64,000 bases of DNA from Hyphomicrobiales bacterium. GTDB taxonomy: Bacteria > Pseudomonadota > Alphaproteobacteria > Rhizobiales > Beijerinckiaceae. The position numbers were made by a program, and so were the translations under genes. Numbering within the stretch: position 1 is the stretch's first letter; the number at the start of each line of letters is the position of its first letter. Below, piece after piece: positions 39,614 through 49,532 of this stretch. The stretch covers positions 21,018 to 85,017 of the forward strand of contig JAIYDY010000007.1 of assembly GCA_027487245.1 (NCBI GenBank). Direction: 5' to 3'. The notes under the pieces were generated by a model, which saw nothing but the letters and a program-made list of their open reading frames with translations, was not told where the DNA came from and searched no databases.

Positions 39614-40609
39614 ATGAACCGGATCGTGAACCGCCGCGCCGTCGTGGGCGGCCTTGGCGCGGCTGCCCTGGCGGGAGCCATCAGCCGTCCTTCCCTGCTC
39701 AGTGCGCAAGGAGCTTTCCCCGGCAGCCGCACGGTCAAGCTTGTGGTGCCTTTTCCGCCGGCCGGCGCGACCGACATCATCGGGCGGCTCTGGGCCGAGA
39801 AGATCGGCCAGATCTGGAACAGCAATCTGGTGGTCGAGAACAAGGGCGGTGCCGGTGGCAACATCGGCACCGAACAGGTGGCGCGCGGCGAGCAGGATGG
39901 CTCGCAGTTGCTGATCGTTTCAGTGGGCATGGCCACCAACCAGTTTCTCTACCCGAAGCTGAATTATGACCCGATTGCCGATTTCAAGCCGGTGAGCCTG
40001 CTGGCGCTGGTGCCGAACCTGCTTGTGGTCGGCAACCATGTCGCGGCCCGCACAGTGCCTGAGCTGATTGCCTTTGCGAAGGCCAATCCCGGGAAGCTGA
40101 CCTACGGCTCATCCGGCGTCGGGACATCGGTGCACCTCTCGGGCGAACTGTTCAAGAAGCTGACCGGAACCGACATGGTGCACCTGCCCTATCGCGGCAC
40201 GGCGCAGGCCACGCAGGATCTGATCGGCGGGCGCATCGACCTGATCTTCGACAACATCACGCAGGCCATGGGCCATGTGCGGGCGGGCTCGATCAGGTCG
40301 CTGGGCATCACCACGGCGAAGCGCTCGCCCGTCGCGCCCGAATTCGCGCCTGTGGCCGAGGCCGTGCCGGGATTCGACGTCTCGTCATGGTTCGCGATCT
40401 TCGCGCCCAAGGGTACGCCGGACGATGTCGTCGCCCGGATTCATGCCGACACGTTGAAGGTCATGGCCGATGCACAGGTCAAGGAACGGATGGCGACGCT
40501 GGGAGCCGAGATCGTCGCTTCGACACCCGCCGAACTGGCCGGGTTCCTCCGGTCCGAAATGGACAAGTGGGGCAAGCTGATCAACGAAGCCGGGATCAAG
40601 GCGGGATAG
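39614..40609 (+). CDS. Bug-family (TctC-like) tripartite tricarboxylate transporter substrate-binding protein
   Basis: Has an N-terminal signal-like sequence MNRIVNRRAVVGG...LSAQ, the motif PYRGTAQATQDLIGGRIDL, and a GGAGGA RBS at 39604-39609. Confidence 0.85.
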   Translation: MNRIVNRRAVVGGLGAAALAGAISRPSLLSAQGAFPGSRTVKLVVPFPPAGATDIIGRLWAEKIGQIWNSNLVVENKGGAGGNIGTEQVARGEQDGSQLLIVSVGMATNQFLYPKLNYDPIADFKPVSLLALVPNLLVVGNHVAARTVPELIAFAKANPGKLTYGSSGVGTSVHLSGELFKKLTGTDMVHLPYRGTAQATQDLIGGRIDLIFDNITQAMGHVRAGSIRSLGITTAKRSPVAPEFAPVAEAVPGFDVSSWFAIFAPKGTPDDVVARIHADTLKVMADAQVKERMATLGAEIVASTPAELAGFLRSEMDKWGKLINEAGIKAG

Positions 40610-40663
40610 GGCTCAGTGCCGCTTGCCTCCCGGGCGCGAAAGGCGTTCGCGCGGAGGCCTTCA

Positions 40664-40696
40664 ATACAAAAGCCGGACGCATGCAGCGCCCGGCTT
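40664..40696 (-). terminator. Intrinsic terminator of the F0 operon (atpF)
   Basis: On the minus strand, GCCGGGCGC-tgcatg-CGTCCGGC is followed by TTTTGTATT. Confidence 0.6.
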
Positions 40697-40729
40697 CCTT
40701 GAGATTGACGGTGATTGGTCGCCGGAAGT

Positions 40730-41215
40730 TCAGTTCAGCTTCGCCTTGATGTCACCGAGGCCCTTGGCGAGCATGTCGGCACCGGCCTTGCCGGTCATCT
40801 GGCCGCGCAGCAGCTGTTCGGCAGCCTTGGCCGCGGCGTCGGCGGCGGCAGCGCGGACGTCGGCGGAGGCCTGCGCCTCGGCCTGTTCGATCTTGAGTTC
40901 AGCCGTCTTGGTACGCCGGGCGATGAAGTCGGTCATCTTGACTTCGGCGTCCTTGGCCAGCCTGTCGGCTTCGTCCTTGGCAGCCGCGACGATCGCGTCA
41001 GCCTCGGCCTCGGCCGCCTTGCGCTTGGCTTCGTACTCGGCGAGCAGTTTCTGGGCGTCCTCGCGGAGGCGGCGCGCTTCTGCGAGCTCCGCCGCGATCT
41101 TCTCGCCGCGCGAGTCCAGCGCGGACAGGATCATCGCGTGCACGCCGAACTTCACCAGGATGGCGAAGAAAATGACGAGGCCGACGGCGCTCCAGAGATA
41201 GGTGTTGGACAACAT
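40730..41215 (-). CDS. atpF: F0F1 ATP synthase subunit b
   Basis: 161 aa with an N-terminal TM helix followed by a long charged coiled coil. It is the last gene of the atpI-B-E-F'-F operon. Confidence 0.85.
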   Translation of the reverse strand: MLSNTYLWSAVGLVIFFAILVKFGVHAMILSALDSRGEKIAAELAEARRLREDAQKLLAEYEAKRKAAEAEADAIVAAAKDEADRLAKDAEVKMTDFIARRTKTAELKIEQAEAQASADVRAAAADAAAKAAEQLLRGQMTGKAGADMLAKGLGDIKAKLN

Positions 41216-41225
41216 CGCGTGCTCC

Positions 41226-41768
41226 TCAGGCTTTCAGGGCGGCTTTGAGAGCCGCATCAAGGTCGCCCTTGGATGGCGCAGCACCGCCTAGGCGCTGCAC
41301 GATGGCGGCAGCGGCTTCCGCCGCGATGCCCTCGACATTGGCCATGGCCTTTGACTTGGTCGTCCCGATCTGGGCCTCCGCCGCAGCAAGCTTCGCCGCA
41401 AGATCGCCTTCCAGCGCCTTGCGCCGGGCTTCGACAGCGGCATTGACCTCGTCGCGCTTGGCCTGGGCGATGCCCTGGGCCTTGGCCTTGGCATCGGCCA
41501 GCGACTTCTCGTAGGCGAGCCCCGCCTCTTCGGCTTTCGCCTTGGCCGCAGCTGCATCGTCGAGATCGCGGGCAATCCGCGAGGCGCGGCCTTCGATCAC
41601 GTCGGTCAGGCGCGGGGCAAAAACCTTGGACACCAGCCAGTAGAGCAGGCCGAAAAAGATCGCCAGCCAGAGCAACTGCGACGCAAAGGTCTCGGTCTTG
41701 AACGGCGGAAAGCCCACGTCGGCACTGCCGCCTGGAACTTCAGTGCCCGTCTTTTGCGGTGACGCCAT
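41226..41768 (-). CDS. atpF2: F0F1 ATP synthase subunit b'
   Basis: 180-aa b-like protein (FPPFKTETFASQLLWLAIFF...) located between atpE and atpF, as in alphaproteobacteria. Confidence 0.85.
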   Translation of the reverse strand: MASPQKTGTEVPGGSADVGFPPFKTETFASQLLWLAIFFGLLYWLVSKVFAPRLTDVIEGRASRIARDLDDAAAAKAKAEEAGLAYEKSLADAKAKAQGIAQAKRDEVNAAVEARRKALEGDLAAKLAAAEAQIGTTKSKAMANVEGIAAEAAAAIVQRLGGAAPSKGDLDAALKAALKA

Positions 41769-41865
41769 TGTCGCGGACCCTCAGAACTTCATCACATGAA
41801 CGACATCGCGCGCGGGCGTGAACAGGTCACGGACCGCGCGCATATCCGGAACCCGGTCGCCGGGA

Positions 41866-42090
41866 TCAGGTGAAGAGCAGGAGGAGCGCAACGACGAGTG
41901 CGAAGATGCCCAGACCTTCGGCGAGCGCTGCGCCAACGAAGGCACGGCCGAACTGGCTGTCAGCGGCCGACGGATTGCGCAGGGCACCCGAGAGGAAGTT
42001 GCCGAAGATGTTGCCAACGCCGATGGCGGCGAGGCCCATGCCGAGACAGGCAATGCCGGCACCGAGGAACTTTGCGGCTTGGGCGTCCAT
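41866..42090 (-). CDS. atpE: F0F1 ATP synthase subunit c
   Basis: 74-aa hairpin proteolipid ([21 protein letters not shown] ... [19 protein letters not shown]). Confidence 0.95.
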   Translation of the reverse strand: MDAQAAKFLGAGIACLGMGLAAIGVGNIFGNFLSGALRNPSAADSQFGRAFVGAALAEGLGIFALVVALLLLFT

Positions 42091-42150
42091 GGTAGTACTC
42101 CTTGAGGTTTTGGATCAGCAGAAAGGGAAGGATGAGCCGGGAACCGAAGA

Positions 42151-42900
42151 TCAGTGACCGGGGTGGAGGGCGTCGTTGAGATACACGCAGGTCAGGATCG
42201 TGAAGACATAGGCCTGCAGGAACGCAACGAGGAATTCGAGAGCGGTGAGGGCGACAATCATGCCGAGCGGCAAGGTGGCACCGAGGATGCCGCCGATACC
42301 CAGCGCACCGAGCGACACCACAAAGCCGGCGAAGACCTTGAGCGCGATATGGCCGGCCAGCATGTTGGCGAAAAGCCGCATGCCGAGCGAAATCGGGCGG
42401 GAGAGGAACGAGATGACCTCGATCACCACCAGGAACGGAACCAGCAGGGCCGGCGCGCCGCCCGGGACAAACAGCCCGAGGAAGTGTGTGCCGTGCTTGG
42501 CGAAGCCGACGGCGATCACCGTCAGGAACACGACCATGGCAAGGGCGAAGGTGACGATGATGTGGCTGGTGACCGTGAACGAGCCCGGAATCATGCCCAT
42601 GAAGTTGGCGGTCAGCACGAACAGGAACAGCGAGAACACGAGCGGGAAGAACTGCATGCCTTCCTTGCCGGCCGCGCTTTTCAGCGTGTTGGCGACGAAC
42701 TCGTAGAGCATCTCGGCGAAGGATTGCAGGCGGCCGGGAACCAGCGAGCGCTGCGCGGTCGCCATCATGAAGAACACGCCAATGGCGAGGACCACCAGCA
42801 TCATGAACAGCGAGGAGTTGGTGAACGCAATCTCGGAATTGCCGATCTTGCCGAGCGACACGATCGGCTTGATCTGGAATTGGTCAAGCGGGCTTGCCAT
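42151..42900 (-). CDS. atpB: F0F1 ATP synthase subunit a
   Basis: 249 aa with the essential-Arg region ([14 protein letters not shown]) and a C-terminal [15 protein letters not shown] motif. Confidence 0.95.
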   Translation of the reverse strand: MASPLDQFQIKPIVSLGKIGNSEIAFTNSSLFMMLVVLAIGVFFMMATAQRSLVPGRLQSFAEMLYEFVANTLKSAAGKEGMQFFPLVFSLFLFVLTANFMGMIPGSFTVTSHIIVTFALAMVVFLTVIAVGFAKHGTHFLGLFVPGGAPALLVPFLVVIEVISFLSRPISLGMRLFANMLAGHIALKVFAGFVVSLGALGIGGILGATLPLGMIVALTALEFLVAFLQAYVFTILTCVYLNDALHPGH

Positions 42901-42977
42901 GGCGTTCTACGTCTCGCGTTCGCTTCAACAGACTAAGGTTCGTCAGCAGTGGTCTTCACAGTTCAGCCCGGCGGCCC

Positions 42978-43349
42978 TTATGGGGGTCCCGGTGGCGGAG
43001 CTGACTGACTTTGAGTGGCCCGATACAGGTTTCTGAGGCCCGCTGCAAACCCAAACATAAGTCCAATCAACAGTCCAAACGGCTGAATGCCCGCATAGCG
43101 ATCAATCAGCCACCCCAGGATGCCTCCGGCAGCAATGCCGGCGACAAACTCGGAGACCAGTTTCATGCCGCGCGCCATGGCCGAGCCATCAGCCGCAAGG
43201 CGGCCTCCTGGCTCTTTCGATGGTGCGCGATCCGACCGGATTTCCGACAGACGGGCATCGATGTGGCGAAGCCTCGCCGCCATCTCGGCATCGTGCGAGG
43301 GGTCCGATCCTGCCGAAGCGCGATCAACCGGCTTGTTCTGTTCCGACAT
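42978..43349 (-). CDS. atpI: ATP synthase protein I (AtpI/AtpZ family)
   Basis: 123 aa with two C-terminal TM helices, directly upstream of atpB. Confidence 0.7.
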   Translation of the reverse strand: MSEQNKPVDRASAGSDPSHDAEMAARLRHIDARLSEIRSDRAPSKEPGGRLAADGSAMARGMKLVSEFVAGIAAGGILGWLIDRYAGIQPFGLLIGLMFGFAAGLRNLYRATQSQSAPPPGPP

Positions 43350-43477
43350 CCGTCAGACCTTCACACATCGCGCTGTGAGGCGCACCGGGTGGCCGAAGAC
43401 AACCCCTCTCCGAAACCGGGCGCACCATATTTTCGTGACCGATAGCTGTCAAGAACCGATCGGACAAGGCTAAACAT

Positions 43478-43516
43478 CTGAAATCCGGATGATTTCAGCC
43501 GGCTTGCAAAGCCCGG
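43478..43516 (-). terminator. Tandem hairpins after smc
   Basis: On the minus strand, CCGGGCTT-tgc-AAGCCGG is followed by CTGAAATC-atccg-GATTTCAG (perfect 8-bp stem) and then ATGTTT. Confidence 0.5.
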
Positions 43517-43529
43517 AAGCTGTCAGTGC

Positions 43530-46500
43530 TCAGACCGCCTCGCGGATGCGCTCGGCGGTTTCGAGGTCCACAGACACCAGTTGCGACACGCCGCGCTCGG
43601 CCATGGTGACGCCGAAAAGCCGGTCCATCCGCGACATGGTGATCGGGTTGTGGGTGATCACGACGAAACGCGTCTCTGTCTGGCCGACCATGTCGCGCAG
43701 CAAGTCACAGTAGCGCTCGACATTGGCGTCATCGAGCGGGGCATCGACTTCGTCGAGCACGCAGATCGGCGAAGGGTTGGTGAGGAACACAGCAAAGATC
43801 AGCGCGGTCGCGGTCAGGGCCTGCTCGCCGCCTGACAGCAGCGACATCACCTGCGTCTTTTTGCCCGGAGGCCTTGCCAGGATTTCGAGGCCTGCTTCGA
43901 GCGGATCATCCGAATCAATCAGGGTCAGCTCGGCCTCGCCGCCGCCAAACAGCACCCCGAACAGCCGCTTGAAGTGGCCGTTGACGACCTCGAAGGCCGC
44001 CAGCAGCCGCTCGCGGCCTTCGCGGTTGAGCGAGCCAATGGCCTGCCGCAGCCGGCGGATCGCCTCGTTGAGGTCGTCGCGCTCGCCCACCAGCGCATCG
44101 CGCTTGGCTTCTATCTCCGTCAGTTCATCATCGGCACGCAGGTTGACTGCGCCAAGACGCTCCCGGTCTGACTTCAGGGCTGACAGCTTGCGCTCGGTCT
44201 CGTTGGCGGCGGGGAGGGTCTCGCCGGGTTTGAGTCCGGCCAGGTCGAACAGCCCTGCCGGCGTGGTGTCCAGGGTTTCCGTGATCGTCCGCGTGACATC
44301 GTCAAGCCGCGTCCGCGCCGCCTCCACGCGCGCCTCGCAGGCTGCGCGTGCCTCGCGGGTGCCCGCCAGCACATCCAGGGCGAGGCGTGCAGCCCTGTCG
44401 GTCTCTGCCTGCAGGAGGTCGGCGCGGGCAAGGTCGTCCGCTGCTGCCTTGCGGGCGGTGTCTGTCGTTTCGATCGTCGCCAGAAGCTCGCGGCGCCGCA
44501 CCAGAAACGTGTCGGGTGTCTGCTCCAGAATACGGCTTTCCTCGGCGGCGGCCTCCCGGCGCTTGACCGATTCGGCGCGGGCGAGATCCGAGCGCGCCAT
44601 GCGCTCGACCCAGCGGGCAATCTCGCCGGCTGCCGTTGCGAGCCGCTCGCGGCGCAGGTTTTCCTCGCGGTCGAGGGTCTGAACGGCGGCGCGGGCCTCT
44701 GCGGCATGACTGCGGCGCTCGGCGACAAGGGCGCGCGCTGCCGAGAGGGCCGCTTCCATTTCCGGCGATGGCGTGAGCGACTTCAGGCCTTCTTCCGCCT
44801 GGGCGCGCGCCAGGGCAGCCTCCGCTTCAGAAGCACCGAGACGCCCCACGCCTTCGACGAGGCCAGCCCGCCGAGAGGCTGTTTCGGCGATCCGGCGTTC
44901 GGCTGTGGCCAGTTGCTCGCGCGCGGTATCGAGACGGCGGCGCTGGTCGCGGGCAGCCTCCACGCACTGGCTCTCGGTCTGTGCTGCCTGGCGGACGGCG
45001 TTCTGGGCCGCATCCAGCGCCTCGCGTGCAGCCTCAGCCGCCTCGCGCGCCAGTTGCGCCTCGCGCTCGAGATCGCCCAGCCGGTTCTTCTCGGCAAGCC
45101 GCCGTGCTGCCGGGGTCGGTGCTTCGGCGGCGGCTGTGAAGCCGTCCCAGCGCCAGAGATCGCCCTCCTTCGAGACCAGCCGCTGGCCGACCTTGAGCTG
45201 GCCCACCAGACGCGCGCCGTCGCCCCGAGTGACAACGCCGATCTGGCGCAAGCGTCGCAGCATCGCCGCCGGCGCGCGGACACGCGATGCCAGAGGCTCG
45301 GCATCACCTGGCAAGGCCGGGTCGTCAGCGGGCTGGCCGGTGTCGCGCCAGTGGGCCGGCGCGGAGGGATTGGAGGATGCGTCGAGATCGTCGCCGAGAG
45401 CAGCGCCCAAAGCTGTCTCGAAGCCTTTCTGCACCGCGATCTGGTCAAGGACCGGTGGCCACAGGCCGCCTGACGAGGATGACAGCAACTTCTGAAGCGT
45501 CCGGACTTCGGTTTCGAGACGCTGGGCCTTGCGGTCCGTCTCGGCCTGCGGAGCGCGGGTCCGCGTCTCGGCTTCGCGGGTGATGGCCAGCGCAGCACGG
45601 GCCTGTGTCGCGGCGACATCGGCCTCTTCGGCCAGAACACCGGCTGCAACGACAGCCTCGCGCAGCGCATCGATGGCAGCACCTGCCCCGCTGGTGGCAT
45701 CAAGCGCAACGAGGGCCCTTTCGAGTCCCTCGCGCTCGACCCTGTGGCGGGCCGCCCGCTCGGACGCATCGCGCACGGTGCGCTCGAACGCGCCGCGCCT
45801 GGCCGTCAGGTCGGAGAGCGCCGTCTGTGCGGTGGCCTGAGCCGCCTCAGCCTCGGCCAGAGCCTTGTCGGCTTCAGCCTGCTGGCTGGCTGCCGCGCCG
45901 CGCCGTTCAGCGCTGCCGGCACCTGCCGCTTCCAGCGCCGCCTGCTCGGTCCGCAGGCGGGAAAGGCTGGCCTCGGCATCGGCTGCCAGCGCCGCCTCTC
46001 GCGCCAGGTCGGCGTCGAGTTCGCCAAGGCGCCGGGCCAGATCGTCAGCGCGCTGGCGGTTGCGGCGCTCTTCGGCTTCAAGCTCGTCCAGCGCGCGCCT
46101 GACGCGGGTGAGCGCCGCAGCCGCAGCCGCCTCCGCGTCGCGCAGGCCGGGCAGGGCATGGGCAGCCACGGCCTGATGCCGCGCTGCCTCGGCCTGGATG
46201 CGGGTCGCCTCGGCGACATCGCGCAGGGCCGCTTCCGCTGCCCGCTCGGCGGCGGCTGCCTGGTCGCGCGCCTCGCGATAGCTGATTGCGGCCAGCAAGG
46301 CCTCCGCAGCCCGGATCTCCGCGGCCAGCGATTTGTAGCGACCAGCCTGCCGGGCCTGCCGCTTCAGCGCCTCGATCTGGCTTTCGATTTCGCGCAGCAC
46401 ATCTTCGAGCCTGAGGAGATTGTCCTCGGCGGCGCGCAGCCTCAGTTCGGCCTCGTGGCGGCGCGAGTGCAGCCCGGCGATGCCTGCTGCATCCTCGAGG

Positions 46501-46988
46501 ATGCGGCGGCGTGACTGGGGCTTGGCCGAGATGATCTCGCTGATCTGGCCCTGCCGCACCAGAGCGGGCGAACGCGAGCCTGTGGCAGCATCGGCAAAGA
46601 GCAACTGCACGTCGCGGGCACGCACCTCCTTGCCGTTGACACGGTAGGTCGAGCCTTCCTCTCGCTCGATGCGGCGGGTGATTTCGAGCAGATCGACGTC
46701 ATTGAACTGGCTGGGTGCCTTGCGGTCACTGTTGTCCAGCGTCAGGCCGACTTCGGCGACGTTGCGGGCCGGCCGCGTGCCTGACCCCGCAAAGATCACG
46801 TCGTCCATGCCCGAGGCGCGCATGTTCTTGAACGAACTTTCGCCCATGACCCAGCGCAGGGCCTCGACAAGGTTGGACTTGCCGCAGCCATTGGGGCCGA
46901 CCACGCCGGATAATCCCGGCTCGATCTGGAATTCGGTGGCCTCGACGAAGGACTTGAAGCCCGTGAGCTTCAGACGGGTCAGCTTCAT
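43530..46988 (-). CDS. smc: Chromosome segregation protein SMC
   Basis: 1152 aa with an N-terminal Walker A (GPNGCGKSNLVEALRWVMGE), a long Ala/Glu/Arg-rich coiled coil, a hinge, and a C-terminal LSGGEQALTA signature plus Walker B. Confidence 0.95.
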   Translation of the reverse strand: MKLTRLKLTGFKSFVEATEFQIEPGLSGVVGPNGCGKSNLVEALRWVMGESSFKNMRASGMDDVIFAGSGTRPARNVAEVGLTLDNSDRKAPSQFNDVDLLEITRRIEREEGSTYRVNGKEVRARDVQLLFADAATGSRSPALVRQGQISEIISAKPQSRRRILEDAAGIAGLHSRRHEAELRLRAAEDNLLRLEDVLREIESQIEALKRQARQAGRYKSLAAEIRAAEALLAAISYREARDQAAAAERAAEAALRDVAEATRIQAEAARHQAVAAHALPGLRDAEAAAAAALTRVRRALDELEAEERRNRQRADDLARRLGELDADLAREAALAADAEASLSRLRTEQAALEAAGAGSAERRGAAASQQAEADKALAEAEAAQATAQTALSDLTARRGAFERTVRDASERAARHRVEREGLERALVALDATSGAGAAIDALREAVVAAGVLAEEADVAATQARAALAITREAETRTRAPQAETDRKAQRLETEVRTLQKLLSSSSGGLWPPVLDQIAVQKGFETALGAALGDDLDASSNPSAPAHWRDTGQPADDPALPGDAEPLASRVRAPAAMLRRLRQIGVVTRGDGARLVGQLKVGQRLVSKEGDLWRWDGFTAAAEAPTPAARRLAEKNRLGDLEREAQLAREAAEAAREALDAAQNAVRQAAQTESQCVEAARDQRRRLDTAREQLATAERRIAETASRRAGLVEGVGRLGASEAEAALARAQAEEGLKSLTPSPEMEAALSAARALVAERRSHAAEARAAVQTLDREENLRRERLATAAGEIARWVERMARSDLARAESVKRREAAAEESRILEQTPDTFLVRRRELLATIETTDTARKAAADDLARADLLQAETDRAARLALDVLAGTREARAACEARVEAARTRLDDVTRTITETLDTTPAGLFDLAGLKPGETLPAANETERKLSALKSDRERLGAVNLRADDELTEIEAKRDALVGERDDLNEAIRRLRQAIGSLNREGRERLLAAFEVVNGHFKRLFGVLFGGGEAELTLIDSDDPLEAGLEILARPPGKKTQVMSLLSGGEQALTATALIFAVFLTNPSPICVLDEVDAPLDDANVERYCDLLRDMVGQTETRFVVITHNPITMSRMDRLFGVTMAERGVSQLVSVDLETAERIREAV

Positions 46989-47039
46989 GGCTGCCGCCCC
47001 AGCAATCGCAGACGCAAGCGCTCAGCGCCCTGCGGCGCG

Positions 47040-47681
47040 TCAGGCGCCCAGCAGAGGCTGCAGGATCTTGTCGAGTTCCGGCATGGTGAGCGCACCGCGA
47101 TGAACCTGCCCGTTGATGATCAGGGTCGGCGTCGAGTTGACCTTGAAACCATCAGCCGCCTTGTCCTTGATGGCAGTCAAAGCGACATACAAATCCTGCC
47201 GTTGCAAGCAAGCAGTGAACGTTTCCTGTGTGAAACCGGCCTGTCGGGCTGCCGTCAGCAAGGCATCAAGCGGCGTGTTGGTGAAGGCCCACTTTTCCTG
47301 CTGCTTGAACAGAAACTCGATGAAAGCGCCGCGCCGCTCGGCAGGTCCGCAATAGGACAGCATCGACGCGGCCATATCGAGCGGATTGAGCACGAAGTTG
47401 CGGAAGATGAAGCGCACCTTCCCGCTGTCGACATACTTTGTCTTGAGTTCGGGAAAGACATCGTTGTGGAACCGAGCGCAATGCGAGCAGGTGGTCGATG
47501 CATACTCGATGATCGTGACCCTGGCATCGGCAGCGCCATAGACCAGATCGGGCAATGCCGGGTTGGTGGCGGCGAGAACCTCGGCCATGTTCAGCGTGGA
47601 CTGGGCCAGCACCGGGCCGGAACCGGCCAGCGCGATCATGGCGGCAGAGCCGCCCAGCAGGACCTCACGGCGTGTCGTCAT
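47040..47681 (-). CDS. DsbA-family thiol:disulfide oxidoreductase
   Basis: 213 aa counted from MTTRREVLLGG (signal sequence), with the thioredoxin motif CSHC. The 447-aa track ORF is over-extended. Confidence 0.85.
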   Translation of the reverse strand: MTTRREVLLGGSAAMIALAGSGPVLAQSTLNMAEVLAATNPALPDLVYGAADARVTIIEYASTTCSHCARFHNDVFPELKTKYVDSGKVRFIFRNFVLNPLDMAASMLSYCGPAERRGAFIEFLFKQQEKWAFTNTPLDALLTAARQAGFTQETFTACLQRQDLYVALTAIKDKAADGFKVNSTPTLIINGQVHRGALTMPELDKILQPLLGA

Positions 47682-47836
47682 CTCGAACCTCTTCGTCACA
47701 GGTATTGAGCCGCGCCCCGCATCGGGCAGGCCAGGGTTTTGACCGGACCATACTGCCATCGGCCCTGAAGGCAAGCACCGGTGCCGAACACGTTTCCGCC
47801 AGCATCGCCGGGCCGCAGGCCGTCCCGCCCGGGCGG

Positions 47837-48367
47837 CTAGCCTGCGCCCCGGGTGCGCGCCGCCTTTCGGCTGACGGCCAGTCCGAGCCGCGTGATGGCA
47901 TCCTTGAGTGCAGGCTCGGCAAAGGCGGCGGCTGCCGTCTCGATGCTCTCGACCAGTGCTGGTGCGAGCGGCGCGGCAAGACCATGGCTTGCCTGCGCAA
48001 TGCTCGCGACGGGACCTTGCCGCAACACGACCCGGCCCACGGCGGGCCAGCCGAGATGGGCATTGATGCGGGCCATCAGCACAGGCGCGGCATGCTGGAG
48101 TTCGGGGGCAAAGGCGCTTTCGACCAGAACGACGAGCGTGGCCGGCTCGCTGCGCTCGGCGTCGCTGTCGGGCCGCTTGCGGGGCCAGTCGATCTTCAAG
48201 GGGCGTGAGCGCAGCGCCAGCCTTTCGCCGACGATCGTGCTCCAGCCGCTGATGATCTCGCGTCCGGCAAAGCCCTTGGCAGCCAGCGCGGGGGACATGG
48301 CCGTGCCGATCAGGTCGGCCAGCGGCCTCGCCTGCGGGCGCTTGCGCGGGGTTGCGGGTGGTGTCAT
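47837..48367 (-). CDS. DUF721 (DciA-like) domain protein
   Basis: About 176 aa counted from MTPPATPRKRP. It has the core FAGREIISGWSTIVGERLA...LVVLVESAFAPELQH, in the conserved position divergent from mutY. Confidence 0.7.
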   Translation of the reverse strand: MTPPATPRKRPQARPLADLIGTAMSPALAAKGFAGREIISGWSTIVGERLALRSRPLKIDWPRKRPDSDAERSEPATLVVLVESAFAPELQHAAPVLMARINAHLGWPAVGRVVLRQGPVASIAQASHGLAAPLAPALVESIETAAAAFAEPALKDAITRLGLAVSRKAARTRGAG

Positions 48368-48458
48368 CGCGGCACTGTCCCACGCGCGGTTGCCGGCTTC
48401 AACAGGCTTGTCCCGCAGGGGGATTGCGGCCCGGGGCTGTCCCGGTCCACCAAGGGGC

Positions 48459-49532
48459 ATGCACGCCGCTTCCGCCTTCGATCTGCTGATCTGGTATGAC
48501 CGGCACCGGCGCGAGCTGCCATGGCGGGCGCTGGCCGGCGAGAGGGCCGATCCTTACCGGGTCTGGCTGTCGGAGATCATGCTGCAGCAGACGACGGTGC
48601 AGGCGGTGAAGCCCTATTTCGCGGCTTTCCTTGCGCGGTTCCCGGATGTGCAGGCGCTGGCGGCCGCGCCGTCCGAGGCCGTCATGAACGCCTGGGCCGG
48701 GCTGGGATACTACAGCCGCGCGCGCAATCTTCATGCCTGCGCGCAGGCGGTCGTCGCGCGGCATGGCGGGCGTTTTCCGGACACCGAGGCGGGCTTGCGC
48801 GATCTGCCGGGCATCGGGGTCTATACGGCTGCGGCGGTGGCGGCCATCGCCTTCGGGCGTGTCGCGGCAGCCGTCGATGGCAATGTCGAACGGGTGATGA
48901 GCCGGCTTCATGCGCTGGAGGCGCCGATGCCGGCAGGCCGCGGCGCTGTGGCGGCGCACACGCTGGCCATCGTGCCGGCGGACCGGCCCGGCGATTTCGC
49001 GCAGGCGCTGATGGATCTCGGTGCGACCATCTGCACGCCGCGAAAGCCGGCCTGTGCGCTTTGCCCTTGGCAGGCGCCGTGCCGGGCGCGTCACGCTGGC
49101 CTGCAGGAGAGCTTTCCGCGAAAGGTCGCAAAGAAGGAGCGCCCGCAGCGGCATGGCACGGCCTTCGTGGTGCTGCGCGCCGATCAGGCGATCCTGCTGC
49201 GCACGCGTCCGCCCAAGGGCTTGCTCGGCGGCATGGCCGAGGTGCCAACCAGCGCGTGGACCGCTGAACGGGGTGTGGCAGAGGCTTTGGGCGCAAGGCC
49301 GTTGCCGGCCGACTGGCTGACCGCGAACACGCCGGTGCGCCATGTCTTCACGCACTTTCCGCTGGAACTGACGGTGCTGGCCGCCCGCGTTCCGGCGATG
49401 ACGGATGCGCCGGAGGGCAGCCGCTTCACGCCGCTCGCCGCGCTGGGCGACGAGCCGTTGTCCACGCTGATGCGCAAGGTGATCGAGGCCGGCCTCGGCA
49501 CGCTGGGTGAGCCTGTCAGGCGATCAGGATGA
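48459..49532 (+). CDS. mutY: A/G-specific adenine DNA glycosylase
   Basis: 357 aa counted from MHAASAFDLLIWYDRHRRELPWR. It has the HhH-GPD region (LGYYSRARNLH), a 4Fe-4S cluster (CTPRKPACALCPW...C) and a C-terminal NUDIX-like domain. Confidence 0.9.
   Translation: MHAASAFDLLIWYDRHRRELPWRALAGERADPYRVWLSEIMLQQTTVQAVKPYFAAFLARFPDVQALAAAPSEAVMNAWAGLGYYSRARNLHACAQAVVARHGGRFPDTEAGLRDLPGIGVYTAAAVAAIAFGRVAAAVDGNVERVMSRLHALEAPMPAGRGAVAAHTLAIVPADRPGDFAQALMDLGATICTPRKPACALCPWQAPCRARHAGLQESFPRKVAKKERPQRHGTAFVVLRADQAILLRTRPPKGLLGGMAEVPTSAWTAERGVAEALGARPLPADWLTANTPVRHVFTHFPLELTVLAARVPAMTDAPEGSRFTPLAALGDEPLSTLMRKVIEAGLGTLGEPVRRSG

Noticed and set aside
39614-40609. Orphan Bug/TctC-type binding protein without adjacent tctA/tctB membrane genes.
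   Set aside because: Orphan Bug-family binding proteins are common and often numerous in proteobacterial genomes, so this is not unusual on its own.
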